A DNA stretch of 56,580 nt from a virus (taxonomy: Duplodnaviria > Caudoviricetes). The stretch spans positions 1 through 56,580 of the IMG/VR virus record IMGVR_UViG_3300032305_000763; one strand, given 5' to 3'. Below are positions 55,549 to 56,580 of the stretch, one piece after another. Under the pieces are notes generated by a model. It worked only from the letters and a program-made list of their open reading frames with translations, did no database searches and was not told the origin of the DNA. The first letter of the stretch is position 1, and every line of letters begins with the position of its first letter. A program made the translations under genes and the position numbers.

Positions 55549-56580
55549 ATGAATTACGTAGGCTTACACGTACATACACACTATTCATTATTTGATGGTG
55601 TTGCTACTCCAGAAGAATATATTGACCGAGCAGTTGAACTGGGCATGCCAGCATTGGCTATCACAGATCACGGAACTTTATCTGGGCATCGAGAACTGTA
55701 TCGAATTGCAAAAGCAAAAGGTGTAAAGCCAATTCTTGGCGTAGAAGGATATTTTTGTCCTGATCGATTTGATAAGAGGGCAAAAGCAGAACGCACTGAG
55801 CCAACTGATATGGTGTATAACCATATTATCCTTCTTGCTAAGAATCAACTTGGTTTAGAGAATCTAAACAAGATCAATGAAATCGCTTGGACTGAAGGAT
55901 ATTTCAGTAAGCCACGTTTTGACTTTGAAGTTCTTGAAAAGTATAGCGAAGGTATTATTGTTTTATCTGGATGTCTAAGCGGTATCATTGCTAAGGCATT
56001 AGAGCATGGTGAATATGCTCAAGCAAAAAAACATATTGAATGGTTTAAACGTGTCTTTGCAGATGATTTTTATATGGAACTAATGCCACACAATGGAGCA
56101 GAAGTAAATAAACAACTAGCAGATTTAGCAGATGAGTTTAAGGTTCAAACTGTAGTTACTCCAGACTGTCACCATGTTGATGAATCACAAAAAGAAATAC
56201 AAGAGTTTAAACTTCTTATGAACTCTCATGCCAAAGTACAAAAAGATACAACATATGAAAAGTCAAAGAAGCAAGATGGAATGATGAAGCGTCTTGATTA
56301 TTTATATGGCGAAGACAGACAAATGTCATTTAATAAGTTTGATATTCACCTACTTTCATATGATGAGATGAAGGTTGCCATGGAATCCCAGGGTATAGTT
56401 AGAGAAGATATGTATATTAACTGTATGACTATTGCCGATAAGGTAGAAGACTACGATATTAAAGATGGTCTTAATTTACTTCCAGTCCAGTATAAAAATC
56501 CAGACCAAGAATTAGCAAACCTAGCCTTTGCTGCTTTAGAAGAAAAAAGATTAAACTCTAACTGGCTTGGTAATGACATC
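55549..56580 (+). CDS. dnaE: DNA polymerase III alpha subunit (PHP domain), 3'-truncated
   Basis: Manually translated: LHVHTHYSLFDG, ALAITDHG, KPILGVEGY, HIILLAKN..G..NL, LSGCLSG, T.DCH. Confidence 0.95.
   Translation, partial: MNYVGLHVHTHYSLFDGVATPEEYIDRAVELGMPALAITDHGTLSGHRELYRIAKAKGVKPILGVEGYFCPDRFDKRAKAERTEPTDMVYNHIILLAKNQLGLENLNKINEIAWTEGYFSKPRFDFEVLEKYSEGIIVLSGCLSGIIAKALEHGEYAQAKKHIEWFKRVFADDFYMELMPHNGAEVNKQLADLADEFKVQTVVTPDCHHVDESQKEIQEFKLLMNSHAKVQKDTTYEKSKKQDGMMKRLDYLYGEDRQMSFNKFDIHLLSYDEMKVAMESQGIVREDMYINCMTIADKVEDYDIKDGLNLLPVQYKNPDQELANLAFAALEEKRLNSNWLGNDI

Noticed and set aside
20826-56580. Inteins or introns in RNR, helicase, primase or DnaE
   Set aside because: Lengths are normal, motifs are contiguous and no splice motifs were seen.
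1-56580. Stop-codon reassignment or tRNA genes
   Set aside because: Standard code gives dense, full-length genes ending in TAA, TAG and TGA; no cloverleaf or TTCGAATC-type arm in intergenic space.

Overview
AT-rich 56.6 kb segment of a large tailed dsDNA phage with siphovirus-type morphogenesis genes, most likely a freshwater actinobacteriophage. The host inference rests on an actinobacterial-type LexA box, WhiA-like GACAC boxes, many leaderless genes, a DUF2746-like membrane protein and DnaE-based replication. Layout: 1-1300, end of an early region with strong promoters, tiny ORFs and a dense cluster of host transcription-factor-like sites; 1300-3300, accessory ORFs, two candidate ncRNAs and an AT-rich origin-like tract; 3.3-20.7 kb, a large modular array of fibre/adhesin/decoration genes interrupted by a lysozyme-like gene; then a class II (B12) ribonucleotide reductase, a 1216-aa virion protein, portal, prohead protease with nested scaffold, major capsid, neck, tail tube, two paralogous tail-assembly chaperones, a 2494-aa tape measure, tail tip/baseplate and a LysM protein; finally a replication operon (Zn-finger, HTH, DnaB helicase, primase, SSB, 5' part of DnaE). 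I recognised no terminase, integrase, tRNA, CRISPR array or reverse transcriptase. Most notable observations: (1) about 320 bp packed with LexA, DnaA, PhoP-type, CRP-type and WhiA-type sites around three promoters; (2) a promoter-driven ~60-nt hairpin sRNA whose C-rich loop is complementary to the unusual GGGTGGGG/GGGGGTA ribosome-binding sites of replication and early genes; (3) long and short tail chaperones encoded by a gene duplication instead of a frameshift; (4) an HNH-like cargo domain inside the tape measure. All family assignments are from motif recognition by eye, not database searches.
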